This document shows, one piece after another, positions 1 through 13,435 of a stretch of 64,000 nt of DNA. This stretch comes from Orbicella franksi (lineage: Eukaryota). The position numbers and the translations under genes were made by a program. A model generated the notes under the pieces. It searched no databases. It saw nothing but the letters and a program-made list of their open reading frames with translations, and was not told where the DNA came from. The number at the start of each line of letters is the position of its first letter. The first letter of the stretch is position 1. The stretch spans positions 31,248,001-31,312,000 of the forward strand of contig OZ116703.1 in NCBI GenBank assembly GCA_964199315.1, in the 5' to 3' direction.

Positions 1-3000
1 GGATAAGCTCCGGCCTGATGGGCCACTTGGCTCGCATGCAGACTTTACCTTTACCTACCCAATTTATTACAGGGAAAGAAAAAGACTAAATCTAGTCGAA
101 TGAGACTAATCAAAGAAAGATTGAAGCAAGTATAGAGGATAAGAAAAGAGAAAAGGCTCAGCTAGAAGCATTTACTCCTAAAAAACACATCCGGGCGAAA
201 TAACTCCTGGCCCAGATAGTTTTATTATCCAAACTAGGGCCAAAAGTGAAATTCACAAATTGCATCAAGAGCTTCGTTAAACAATCATTGTTAAAGCTTT
301 TTTTCTAAATTTGTAATTCAAACTTGTTTCTGTCTGCTTTGTACTGGTCGTATTGCTAATTTATACCGCTTCTTCCATGGTGCATTAATGATATACATGC
401 CTTTTGGGCACATAAACCGTGCTCAGATTGCCTTGCTCAGTTCAAGGGCTTGGATTGTTCCGATAGTTCCATAGAATTTATTTCCATTCTCTCTCGCCAG
501 GATTTCAACGTTTTATATTCCTTTTGTTGTCTTGTTGGGTTCTTGATGGGATGTGGTTTTGTCCCCATATCTTCTCTTTGTTTTCCATTCACCTTGAAAA
601 TGGACAATCAAATAAAATAAAGGAGAACTTAGATGAGAAATTAAAGAAGAAATGCATGTGTAACCACTCTAGCAAAAGCTCCTTTGTTTAGTGTTAAAGA
701 AGGGGTCCCCGGTGTGTCTCATGGGTTTTCACGGTTTTAGTTAAACGCATTGCAAATACAGTATTTGGGCTGTTTTTGGTTGGGGCATGCGTCCCGAACT
801 TTTAAACCAGTACCCCATTTCAGGCCAAAATCTTTGATTTTCCATACCCTATTTCAGCCCGGAGCCAAAAATCGATACCCCATTTCAGACCTCTACAATT
901 TATAGTATACGGCTCATGACCGCAGTTATAACCCAGAATTGGCTCCCATTTGCGTAAAACATTTGAGAAAGGTTGCAAATTTACCAATTCCTTGCAAACT
1001 AAATACCCAATGCTAAGCCAGGGTGAAAAACATGCCCTATTTCAGAACAGAATGGTCAAAATCTATATCCTTTTGCAGATATCTCCCCGATCTGGAAATG
1101 AAAGGGAAGCATAAACGGGGTTGCAATAATGAATCTCGTCAACTACTTTCCGTCGGAAATTAAAAAAAAAAAAAGAAAGGAAGAAGAAAAAATCGGGGTT
1201 TCCTCGGTAAGCGGAAATAGATTGCGCGACGAGCCATAAAAATGTATGCGTAGGAGGAGCACAAAAAGGAGTAGCAGCTGTCAATATGTTTTACTACCTA
1301 CTAACTAACATCATAAAAATTCTTGTTCTTCGACCATTTCAATTTCAGAGGAAAGAGAAAACAAACAGCGGTTACAAACATAACAAACAGGTTTCGCATG
1401 GTACAACTACTTATCAACTGAGACTGAGGTCTTAATTTAAAACGGAAAATCTCAAACCGAGACCTTGCCGTATTGACTGAGCGGGAGGTACGACAAGGCC
1501 GAGGTTTTTTTCCCCGTAAAGACCGAACGTTCGAGGCCCGGGTTCTAGTATTAGAGTGCTTTTTGCTCTGTGTTTTGCAGGAACGTAATCGGCCCGTGGG
1601 CATTACTGGAGAATATTACCCCAGAATTAACCAATCAAAGCGCGCGTTATATCGTTATAATGAAACTGATTTGCAATTTTGTTTCCTTTTAGCTCACAAC
1701 TTCACCTCCCAGCCGATCGTCAAATTCCTCTAAGAAGTGGCTAAGAGCACTATCTTGTACGCTGGCTGACCCAAAGGAAGCTGCTGACGTACTCGAAAAG
1801 TGTCAAGCCAGTTCCTGAAACACGTGCGGCTTGTCCTCACTTTGGGAGGCATGACCACAAACACATACCTTGTGACAAGTCGCGCTGCACACTGTTTACG
1901 CCGAAAAACTAATTTTGGCACCTCCCGGCGTGCTTATTATAATTATTTGCAGACAAATATTTTCCATGCAGACCATGAAAACAGATGTGGCGCAGGCTTT
2001 TGCTTTCATCTCACATTTACATGCTATGTTTTTTTAATGAGGACCTTTTCCATCAGATTACCATCCGTTGTTTCACTCAGTTTGAGGCCACTGCAGAACC
2101 TGGGTTTTCCTTGCATTATATTCGTCAAACAAACATTACATTAAAGTGTTAAGCACAGCGAGCAAGTGTGTTTTGCTTCTTTGTTTACAACTCTTGCGAG
2201 CCCGGTGCGAGTCACGATCGGAAATAACACGGCGGAAATATTCAACACTGAACGCACGCACATTTGCGTATATTGTTTGACCATGGTCATTATAAGTATA
2301 AATATTTTTTAAAAAACAAGGATCTTAGATTTTTATTCCAGACATAGTATCGAGAATGAAGATATTTTTAGACATTATCCAGTAATGATCAACGCCGGGC
2401 CACGCTCCAACAGAGCTATAACTAACGCTAATGTGTTATTCATAAACGTGACCGGAAAACGTGACTGTGCTAGCAAATTTGGTAACACGACTCAAAGAGA
2501 AGCAAAAGAAGGAAGAGAACGTGACAGACGTGAAGTTCAGATCGGAAATAAAGATACACGAACTCAATTTTCTAGAATACTTGATACCGAGTCAACCACT
2601 GAAACACTTGACATTTTTTGACCGCGTCATTTATGTTTAGCTTCGCACGTCTAGCCGATTACGTGCGTGAGACTAGGGTTCCGGTAATTTCTATGGTCCT
2701 CTATCGTCTGCGCATTATTAGCGATCTCTTTCTTGTATGGCTTTGTTTTTTTGCGCAAACTTGAGGTGAAACACAAGTACACTGAAAATATTCTGTGGCA
2801 ATAACCGTAGAATTTTTTTTGTGTACCATGCTTGGGCAATACTTATTTGAAGAAACAAGAAGTCGCTCTCTAGGGAGCTACAACTGTAGTTTGTCGATTC
2901 GGTACCTGCTAAATAGCACGAGCGTATTTACACCGACAAGCTGAGGTATTTCTTGATTGTTATACTCTTTATGTCAATGGAACTCTTGATGTTGTGGAAT

Positions 3001-3389
3001 TTTCCGTAATTATTTTTATTCCTGCGTCATTGTCACATGCGACTAGCCAGGGTTGTTGGCGTATTAACTCCGTGATAAATTTGCATAGGAATGCTGTCTT
3101 TCTCAAGCAGGTATTTTTCACATTGCGTAATCACGGTCTAGAATAAGTAATCCGAATATAAAAGAAATGGTTATTTTCGTTTTCGCAAAGAGAGCAAAAA
3201 GAAACTTTCGATATTTCCAGTTCATCCCCATCCACGAACATTCGTTCAAAATAACAACTTCCTTGTCAACAACCGAACCCCTCGCAAGTTGTTGATGTCT
3301 CATTCCCAAAATACTCTGGCTTTCGCGCCAAATTCCTCTGGGATGAACTTTGGAATATGAGAACCAAGTGAAATTGTTTCCTCCTGGTT

Positions 3390-3445
3390 ATGATTGGCTA
3401 ACCAAACAATAGATCGTTTGGCTTGCTGCTCTTGACCAATCATAT
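3390..3445 (+). promoter_or_regulatory. Candidate CCAAT boxes upstream of the CDC14-like gene
   Basis: ATTGG at 3393-3397 and CCAAT at 3436-3440, 160-210 bp before the ATG. Confidence 0.3.
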
Positions 3446-3600
3446 CTTTGTTGTTATCACGTGCTATGATAATGAGCCACTGTCATGAATGAATGACTGC
3501 ATGTTAGCGCGCCACGACGACGGTTTATTTTACTCTTTTGTTTTGGTTCAGAGACAGTCGTAGATTCGTTTCCTCGTGTTAAGAAGACACGAAAACGAAA

Positions 3601-4734
3601 ATGTGGGACAGGAATATCATGAGTTCTTGCGAAGTGGTCAAAGATCGCTTGTACTTTGTGAGTGTTAGCTGTAAACCGCGAAACAACGCAACATATCATT
3701 ATTTTAGCGTGGATCATGACTGGACTCTCGATGGTTGTAAATTTCACGACACACCTTACTTCGGTCCGGCAAATCTGGCTGGAATATACCGGTTCTGTTG
3801 CCTTGTGAACACTAAACTTCATGTGATCCCGGCCTCGAAGAAGATTGTCCTGTACACAACAGCTAACGAGGGATTTTCCGAGGCGAAAAAGCGAACACGC
3901 TCTGTCTTCCTGTGTGGCGCGTTCGCGATGTGTCAACTCAAAATGACCGCCGAAGAAATTTATGGCTTATTAGAGCAACACTTTCCGCCATCCACTCTGG
4001 TTCCTTACTGTGATGTTAATGGAAATCTATCTCATAATCTTAATATCTTGGATTGCCTTAAAGGTTTTGAGAAGGCAACAGCACTGGGGTTCTTCTGCTT
4101 TGACGAATTCGACTTGAACAGATACGAACAAGAAGAGCGCGCTTTTGATTTGAACTGGATTGTACCCGGCAAATTGTTAGCGCTGACTGATCCTCAGAGA
4201 AGACCTGAAATTAAGGCGAGTCGATTCAGTCGACTGAGGAAATATTTCAGGCAGACTGGTGTCAAAGGAGTTGTAAGACTGAACAGGGACGATAACATGG
4301 TAAAATACGGACTTATATATGACGCACGTTGTTTTACCGCCAACGGATTTACGCACAACGATCTTTATTATGAAGATGGCGGAATTCCCACGAAAGCGAT
4401 CATCAAGAAATTTACAAGAGTCGTTGAACAGTGTGATGGAGCCGTGGCCGTTCACTGCCGCGCTGGGTTGGGAAGAACAGGAACCCTGATCGCTTGTTAT
4501 TTGATCAGACAGTACCGATTTACAGCTGCCGAGGCCGTGGCTTGGTTACGGATCTGTAGACCTGGTAGCGTGTCCACTCTTCAACACTGCTTTTTGGAAC
4601 AGAAACAAGATCCGATCATGCGAGGATACCCGGAGGATATGAAGATTGAAGACCTGACCGAGGCTGTGAAGAAAAGTTTAAACATATTTTCCTACCAGAA
4701 TACAATCATTGAGGAGAACGAGAAGGATGTGTAG
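3601..4734 (+). CDS. CDC14: Intronless CDC14-like dual-specificity protein phosphatase (377 aa)
   Basis: A domain EVVKDRLYF, FGPANLAGIYRFC, LNILDCLKG; LNWIVPGK; general acid EDGGIP; P-loop VHCRAGLGRTGTLIACY; WLRICRPGSV. Confidence 0.93.
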   Translation: MWDRNIMSSCEVVKDRLYFVSVSCKPRNNATYHYFSVDHDWTLDGCKFHDTPYFGPANLAGIYRFCCLVNTKLHVIPASKKIVLYTTANEGFSEAKKRTRSVFLCGAFAMCQLKMTAEEIYGLLEQHFPPSTLVPYCDVNGNLSHNLNILDCLKGFEKATALGFFCFDEFDLNRYEQEERAFDLNWIVPGKLLALTDPQRRPEIKASRFSRLRKYFRQTGVKGVVRLNRDDNMVKYGLIYDARCFTANGFTHNDLYYEDGGIPTKAIIKKFTRVVEQCDGAVAVHCRAGLGRTGTLIACYLIRQYRFTAAEAVAWLRICRPGSVSTLQHCFLEQKQDPIMRGYPEDMKIEDLTEAVKKSLNIFSYQNTIIEENEKDV

Positions 4735-7700
4735 ACATGAATATTCATCGCGCTAAATGTGTTGCTATCTAATTTTTCGTGCGTCTGGCCCATGAGGCGG
4801 CGTGTAGCAGCTGAAAGAATATGAAATGAGGAAGTCGCTGAGTAGCCAATCAAATCCCAACAAAACTAGGCATTATTCTTTTGATCTAGCTGTCAAATAT
4901 GCAACTTGTCTGGCTTATTTGAACCTCACTGGTGTAGATTAAAACTGCTTTGAGATGTTTTCATCTTTCATCTTTATTTTAAAAATACCTAATTTACTGT
5001 ATTTCTAAACTAAATGAAAGTGTTTATACTGGAAGGTTCTGATGAATTATGTTTTAAGAATGGTCATGAGCCTGGAAGTTGTAAAATTACTTGAATGTTA
5101 ACACAGGAATGCAGTAATTTACTTGACAGCACAAATGCGACTGATAATTCAGACCAGAAAACACCTCATTTCATTTCCATCGCACTGTCAGCAACAGATC
5201 ACCTGAAAACATGTCCGTGACATTTCAGATAATATCAGTCATCATTGTAAATTTGTAAAATATGTCTTGCTGGCAAGAGAAAGAAAAATGAAAATATTAT
5301 ATTTGTTAAAAAATAGGAATGGGAAATTTTTAATCAGTGGTTGAGGCTAGATTCAAGTTGGATTAAATATTAATTATTTAAGAAGTTTTAAGTTAAATGT
5401 ACAAAATCATCTTGCCACTGATCAAATGTCTCCTTGTATTTGTAAGTTTTCTATTAACTTTTTTCAAAGTTGAAATTATGATAGATTTGACATTATTTAC
5501 ATATTTAAGTCATAAGATGCAACATTTATAAATTAAGAGTTATATTTTCAACTTGTAAAAGTGCAATTAGCAGTGTCATTCTGTTGAGGCGTAATTTTCA
5601 CTTCTGTCATTGAAGCATGTTAAATGTCTTCCAAAGAATATGTAAATGTTAAAACTCTTGCTCAATACTGTTTGTAAGTGGTAAATTGAAATAGTCTTGC
5701 CCATGGTGTAACTGAGTACTAGTAAGTATGGGCTCCTTGTGTTGGCAATAATGCCATTTGAACAAAAAACTTGACAATATACTTTAATTGTATGGACCTT
5801 GAAGAAAATTGCGTAATTATTGAATAAAATTCAATGCAAAATGAGGTCGTTGTGTGTCGATTCGTTAAAGCAGATATAAGGGAAGGAAAACTATGTGACT
5901 TAAAATATGTCCGTGCTTGATGAATTGCTTTTTGCGTGGAAAAATGAATTTGGCATTTGAAACAGGCTTCGGTTCAAAAACTGCTCTTTTACGAATGAGG
6001 AATGTGTTCCTGTGAATCCCGCCAAGATAAGTTCTCGCCTATGAAAGTAAGTCCATGCTTGTTTCTATATATAATATGAGGGAATTGAAGCTTGCGCAAA
6101 TAACTGACTGAACAAACAGAAAGGGCAGCGTACCTTGTGAAATGAAAATAACCCACGCATTTAAGCAAATGGAAATTTTTTCCTAGGCGTGGGTGGAAAA
6201 GATTCAACTGTGAGCCAATGGGCCCGAGACACGATAATTGCTAAACGAACGTTTAATTTCTTGGTATTGACTTTGACATATAATATTCATGCGACGGTCC
6301 ACGTATTTCTAAATCCCTTTACAAGATTAGTCGGCGGCAAAGATGTCCCTTTAATTATTTGATTCAATATTTTGAGCAAGCTCTCGTTGGGCGATAAAAA
6401 ATATTGTAGTTAGCTTGGGGAAAGGGCGGGAAAAGGGCCAAGGGTTTGTTGCCTTGGCAGCAGGACATCGGTGAATGACACGCAAACACTTCTGCCTTTC
6501 CACACTGAAAAATTTAAATAACACTAATTTAAAGCTGTGAACTTAAGGCTCCTAGTTGAAATAAAAAGTAGTTTCTCAAAATTTGCGGACTCGCATGTGT
6601 TTTAAAATGGTTTTGAGACTGTTTGCACGACCAGTTTCCTAATAACTCGGCGGCTTTACTCAGTGCGCCCGTACGAACCTGAATAATATTTCACCTAGAC
6701 TCCATGTAATACTGAAACGTCTGAATGTGCTCTTGACCATGGCACTGGTCATAACTGCGTTGCAGCGTATATCCTTAATGTAGTTTTGACTCCATGTTTA
6801 TCAAGTATTCAAGACATGTCGAGGGAGGTTCGAACCGCCTACGGCCTTAGCGAAAGCCAAAGTAAACAAAACGCACTCCAGACTCAATGCCCACATTTGC
6901 TCCGATGTTTTCAGCTTTATTGGCAAAGAACCAGATGACTTTTTCGAGTTCACGATACGGAACTAGTTGTTGAACTGATATAATGCGGTTTGTTTCGAAA
7001 GCTTAGTGTTGTTTTCAAGACTGCCGGATGGACTCAGCTGAGCAGTGCCCGAACTGTTGAAGCACTGAAATTTTGAGACCAACGAAACCGTAACAATGCG
7101 ACTCCGGTAAAACTGAAACTTACTAACAACTACTTTAATTTTTTTTTTTTTTTTAACAATTGATTCACGCCTTTAGCGTCCATTACTGACTTATGGAACC
7201 GATCATTTTCTAACATCGCTGTTGTGAAAAAAAATTCTCTTTCAAAGCGAAGTTAAGTTTACTCATGCCATCGACGTACGTTTTATAATCCGTGTACTGA
7301 GTCTTTGCAGCCCATGTTATACTTTTATTTTGCCTGGGGCTCTATTTTATATGTATGATATGTCTTATACCGTGTTCAATTCAGGAACTTGAAAACGAAT
7401 TTTTCGAAATTTTTTTTTACACTGAGCTGCTGTTGTTTACCTTTGACACCTAGCCACTTTCATAACTTGAATTTTCAAAATTCTCAGACTGTTATTTTCA
7501 CCAGCCTCCCGCTAAGCTGGGATCCAATACAAGAAAGCCCTTATGAAACAAGAATCCGTCTTTCAAGATCAAGAAAGGTCGCCCACCGTATACGATGGCA
7601 AATTACTTAGCTTAAAAGTGCGGTTACGATGTAGTTTAGTCGGAGTTTCGTACCCTTTCCGTCACGAAACTGCAACAAGGAAAACGGTTAAGTTGCGTGG

Positions 7701-8403
7701 AACGGAAGTTTATCGATATCGTTTCCAAGAAAGTGCTAAAACAATGGAAACATTGAAAACACTGAAAACAAGACGGCAAACTATCGTTTGACGCGTAGGT
7801 TAATCACGAGTGTTGCATTACACATTCAGCAAGCCACAATCGCCAGAAACTAAAAGGAATTCTTTTAAACTCGTTAGCGCAGGTCACCTTGGCGGGACTA
7901 AATTTCCTTATCTACTTATTTCAGCTAGTACAGAGTGGCGTCCGTTCTAGATATCGGCTTTTATTATTAAGACTTCCTGCCTCGGTACTGAACCCTTAAT
8001 TTAGCCCTCGGTACTTTGCCCTCATGACGCGTCACGATGTTTTATTCTCTGCAATTGGGTAACCTTGGGTCGCTTCAAGTAAATGTGTCTAGTTTACTGT
8101 TTTGTTTTTCTGTATCATGATAAAGATAATGTTTACGACTGTTTCCCAAACGCGTTTTCTTCAACGCGTAATTATAACAAATCGATTAATTGACATGCAA
8201 TCTCCTTATAGCCTCCTGTATTCCTGTATTTTGTCATCCGTTTCGGACGTTATTTAACATGAATTATACCGTTGATCAGCTTCCCGCGAAAAATGTCATG
8301 GCTTTAATTCAGTGACCAAAATAAAATAGAGCAAAGAAATTTATCTCAGAAAAGGTACTTCATTTTCGCAACCCGACGACGCCTGGAGGCAAGTCGAGTC
8401 TCC

Positions 8404-8465
8404 TCGTTCCTAGGCTCTCTCTCCTTTACCTCCGGAAGGCAAAGGAGAGAGAGCCTGGGAACGTG
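8404..8465. repeat. Short hairpin MITE-like element
   Basis: CGTTCCTAGGCTCTCTCTCCTTT ... AAAGGAGAGAGAGCCTGGGAACG. Confidence 0.6.
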
Positions 8466-9837
8466 GTTGGAGACTCTGCTCTGACGAAGAGCTAACGCTA
8501 AAAAAAAACGTCTGCTTTACTCTCGCTTTTGTGGTGAATAGCAATTTCTTTTTTCTCAAGCTTTGACCCCAACTTCGTTACAGGGTCCTTTCTCTTCGAT
8601 CTTTTCTCGGGGAAGAAAGAGAGGCTTTGACCAAGAATTGGTTTTCTATGACGTTACAGGACGAACTATCGCGCTTTTCTTGTGCCGAGACCACGTGATC
8701 TAAAGTATATGGCCGCGGCGAAAAAACGCAGAAGCGGACCAGGAACTAAAAGGGGAACCCGTTTCTTGACCACCATTTCCACGGGCTAGAGGGCGCTAAT
8801 TGATTTTGTTTCAGTATAAGAATGCTGGCGGCTGACAAGAGAAGTAACCAGCTGATGATGTTCCTGTCAGAAACAAACGATTTAGGTTCCTTCCGTGTGT
8901 GTAGAAAGGGAATTTTAGTTGGAGCATCATGAAAGTGATTTTTATAACAGTGATCGTAAACGAATACTCTGCCCTTACAGTTGATGATCGTCAGTGACGC
9001 TCAGGAACACATTCAACCAAGGAATTCACTCCTTCTGCAACCGCTACTGTCCTTCTGGGTTTGCTCCCCCGGGGGAATACTCACCCTTTTGTACACCATT
9101 TTGACAGAAAAGGTACCCCTTTCGTACGCCTTTAATTGAAAAAAGTCCTCCTTTCACACGCTTTCATAACTGACCCGTATTATGAATAAATCGCCCAAAA
9201 AGGAAATCTTCTTGTTATTTTCATGTAGTGCCTAATAAATGAAATGATACAGTCGTAAGGTGCGTCTGTTCGAAAAATGTTAATTAAAATAACTACATGA
9301 CAAATTTGCCCACCCTTTCACATACCTCATCTTGTGAAATCCCTGCCCTTTTATATACCTGAAGCCTGAAAACGGTACACGTTTTGGGTGGAGTCTTCCC
9401 GTATAGGCCATTTCAGGGAGTAACCAACCCCCGGGTTTGCGCGCTGTTCGTATCTTTGTGTTTGGAGTAAACCATGTCGGCTCTTTGGTTGCACTGTTAG
9501 TGTGCGCGACCGACCCCTTCGTCTTTAGCAGATGATGAGGCATTTCATGTACGGCTTGTAAAACTCTACGGGTCTGCGGTGCCGCAGATTATGGACGTCC
9601 CCATTCTTGTTGTTTCGGAAACCAAAAACAATTTTGAAATCGAAAGATAACTTCTAAAACATACTTCAACAAATTCCAGTACCCAAGGAAAATGGAAACA
9701 TATATCATATTCCACCATTTTATTGCCGGTTGGGGCTGCTACACACCTGCTAGGTGGTTAACCTGGTATAAGACAGTCAGTCTTATAGACCGCAAGTAAG
9801 TATTTAAGCACAGCAGCTCCAGGAAAATCATCCTGAT

Positions 9838-9980
9838 CAGCCTTTTCCAGGCTCTCGGTCAGTGGGGACGGGGGGTTTGGTAAAGAACCTCCCCTCTTTC
9901 TCTACCAGACCCTGCTCGTTGCTCGTCGCCCGGCCGTTTTTTTCGATCGTCCCCACTGACTGAGAGCCTGGAACAGGCTA
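9838..9980. mobile_element. MITE with ~30-bp TIRs and 9-bp TSD (Mutator-like)
   Basis: AGCCTTTTCCAGGCTCTCGGTCAGTGGGGACG ... CGTCCCCACTGACTGAGAGCCTGGAACAGGCT; CATCCTGAT at 9829-9837 and 9981-9989. Confidence 0.75.
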
Positions 9981-11460
9981 CATCCTGATAGGCTGATCAG
10001 ACCTTTCGACATGGAAAGGACTCCGACTGGTGAGAAATTTAGGCAACACCTAGAGAACAGAATCCAACAGATGCAGTCTCCTGATTTCTATTAGCGACCT
10101 GTTCAGTGAGGAAGATTTATCCAGGTACAATTTGTTTATTTTCTTTTTTCATAAAAAAAAAAAAAAAAAAAAAAAACTTCCGAGGAAGAACACCCCCTTC
10201 CCCCATTCCATTCCCGCCCTTCCTCCCCTCGTCCCATTCCACGTAGGCTGGATCAGTCAATCAATCATTGTTCTTCAAAGTAACTATGAATGATTTCTCT
10301 CTTGGAAATGTTTCCAAAGCTCGAAGAATTTCGGAATTGGCTGTAATCTGCTGACAGAAGTAAAGCATTTGGCGCTTGTAACGCCTGAGTGATGAAGAAC
10401 CTATAGTGCAAAAGATCTATGTTCGAAACGGTAAATAAATAACGAGTCTTTTAAAATGATTGTCATGTGTATTTATTCGTTTATATATACCTCATCATAT
10501 GATGCCGACTCAAATTTCTTTCATGTGTATACATGTGTTTCATTATTCATCCATCTTCTGTTGTTTGGCGAAGATTTCTACAGTTATGTTCTAATACAGG
10601 AATACTGGCTCATCGATGTTAGCACTCAGAGCAATACGAGGTGTGACTAAATGTTTGATTTGTAAATTCCATTTGATTGGGTGTTATTTTTTTACATACT
10701 GTACAGAGTAAAAATAAATAAGCTTATTTTGTCTTTAAATTTTCCCACCACGAATCTCAACAGCTACATATAACATGGTAGGAAAACGGCAGCAAAACGA
10801 ATCGTATGATCATATGACCTTCGAATTCTTCCTCTCTTAAAAAAAGGCACGATTTGATTTGTACATATATAAGCCATAAGTGTAATTTACAGTAATGTTA
10901 GGGTACCTATCATGTAGGGCTAGCTATGTAGCCGATAGCCTCAACATAAATCGCAGGAACTCTTGTGAATATTTACACCACGGTAACCTCTATACCCCTA
11001 TACTTTATCTACTATACCATATATTAAAGAAAAAAGGTATTTGCAGCGTAGAAGTGAGCTTCAAAAGAGAACTTCGACTTATTCAGTTAGAAGGCAGAAC
11101 GACACTTTTAAGTGTCATACTGCGGAAAAGGACAAGGGTTAAGAACAATCTCAGAACTGGAGCTTTCTGAAGTACTTTTTAAGACTTGGGATCAGTCCAT
11201 TTTCGGATAGATTGCAAGTGCAAGCTTTCCGATGAATAGATATTAGTGATTTCTTCATATTCAATGATTTTCAAAAGTGTTCTTTTTCTCGAAGTTTGTG
11301 CTACATGCAGAATAGATTTCAGGAGAGCTTTGATGTACTTCATATATCTACGTTTGCCATTCCCGGTTAGATGCTCTCGTTAACAGTCGTCACGCCATTG
11401 CAAAACGTCTCAACAACATTGCGTGACGATCCAGATGAGACAAAGAGGATTGCCTGTATT

Positions 11461-13435
11461 TTATCCAGTTTCACAGGGCAGCATTTTCCAGATGAGCATT
11501 TGACTTGCCAATCTTCTGTTGATCTCAGCTAATGCCAGTGAGAGTTTCAAACGTCTTTCTGGCGAAGACAACACCTGCATAATGTGGTCAATCTTTCTCA
11601 CTCTAGCTTTAGCTTGGTTTTCTTTGGAGATTTGGTGTCCCTTTCGCTTGATGATGGGTTTATCCGAGAACATCCTCGATCTGTCTTGGACTGCTTTGGG
11701 ACTTTTTACGTTCTGATACAGGACTGGTTTTCTCAACTGCAAATAACGACAAAAGTAGAGTAATTCAGCCATTTTCAATTTAGCTTTGTCTTAATCTGTT
11801 AATTGCTAATTGGTTCATGAAATTCTTGCCACATTGTTTTAGCCAGTAAGAGTAAAGTTGTTATCTTGCTTAACCAATCAGGCGCGGAATCTTGACCTGC
11901 CGTGTTGAGTTGACAACCGCGATTTTCCCGCATTTTTACAGACATCCCGTTGTTTTTATAATGATCTAATTGGTTTACCGCGCTATGGATTTAATAGTCT
12001 TAATAATGGGCCTTTGATAAATGCTTACGGTTTTATGGTAGTCAAAAAAGTAGAAGAAAGAAACAGGTCGAACATCTGAACAGGTTAAGTTGACGAGTTT
12101 TAGTACTTTTATCATGGCACGACAAAGAGGTCTGGGAATAACTAATTATTCATTGCCAAATTAGTTCCAAATCTGTGCGAACCTGTTTGTTTATTTATGC
12201 CTTAAAACTCAAAATATGTGATAGTAAATCTTAAAAGAACGAGGGTGATTGAACCTGGGAAAGATCGAGAGGGATTCACATGTTTTGAGTGAATGGATGG
12301 AGGTTCTGGAATCGCACTTGTCATCGCAATTTCGGCGATGTGTCTTAGCTTTGAGTTATAAGATTTCAGCGCATTTCTCAGCTGTCACGATATTTTGCAG
12401 ATCTCATTCCTCGGCTGTCAGTAAAAAAACAAAAACAAAAACAAAAAACGCGCGTCCTGTCGCAGTTGACAGAAATTTTATCAAATTTCTCTGTATTGAT
12501 TAAACCAGATCCCCCAGCTAGTTTTGTGCAGCCTCTGTCTTTCATTCGTCCTCTCACCTTCTTAGCTGATGGATCGCTGTTCACTATGGCGCCATTTTGT
12601 TGTTTTTCTCGAAGAGTACTGAAGGACTGTCTTCTTGTAGTCCCCAGACGGTAACCTTGACAACGAGATAAGTGACATAAACATAAGCAAAAGAATGACG
12701 CGAAATGTGAAACTGTCACACAACGAGAACTAAGTTTATCTCACCCTCTCATCAAATTATCCAAGTTAATGAAATCACTGAGTGATTGAAAATTAAGAAA
12801 CAACTCTTCTTGTAAATGACATTGCGAAGTACTTGTCAACTCTTTTCGACGATTTCAACGATATTAATTTTCTAAATAATGTGAATATTCAAATAAGTTA
12901 AAAAACAAAAACAACAAAAAGGCAATTGCAACGATATTTCTGATACATGCGAGTGACAACTTGTATCAGTGATAAACGCTTCTTGCGGGGGAGGAGAAAA
13001 CAATAGCGAAGCCAACCCTCAAAAAAACGCTTCTTGCGGGGAATACAGAAACAAAGCCCCCCCCCCCCTCCCCACTTCCAAAAAAAAAAAAAAAATCAAA
13101 CGCACTCGTGCTTATCAGACTCGCTTTCCAGCGAATCCGTGCCAGATCCCGATTTTATTTCTTGGTGTTAGGGCGCTAGGCTATGTACAATGAAACCTGT
13201 CTTACCTGAAAACCGCTTCCCACCAATCCTTCGAGTTTCTGGTGAAAACACGTGCCCACAAGAGCAGGTACGACTTGAGGCCGCGACCTGTGTGAGAACA
13301 AGACGTTTTAAAACGGCTGCAAATTATGGGAGGACGGCTTATTTAGATAGCTTTTTTTCAGTATAGAATAAGTTCTCTATATCGGTACAAACCACGAATT
13401 AAAGATTGCTTAGCCATCACCTTTGTTGGTTCCAT
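11461..13435 (-). CDS. C16orf87: UPF0547/C16orf87-like small basic protein, spliced (13206-13287, 12558-12655, 11461-11736; candidate first coding exon 13421-13435, uncertain)
   Basis: VAASSRTCSCGHVF resembles VPVACKSCPCGYIF; C-terminal LSLALAEINRRLASQMLI resembles FSVALAEINRKIINQRLIL; canonical splice sites with phases 0/1/0. Confidence 0.78.

Noticed and set aside
1693-1818. Possible terminal exon LTTSPPSRSSNSSKKWLRALSCTLADPKEAADVLEKCQASS*
   Set aside because: Good acceptor, but only 41 codons, with no partner exon or family recognised; unresolved.
9810-10090. Open frame QLQENHPD/RLIRPFDMERTPTGEKF... interrupted by the MITE
   Set aside because: About 43 codons followed by stops and no homology recognised; compatible with chance.
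11737-11778. MKMAELLYFCRYLQ as the N-terminus of a 105-aa protein
   Set aside because: This is the polypyrimidine tract and acceptor (tttgcag) of the last C16orf87-like exon; phase 0 matches the donor at 12558.
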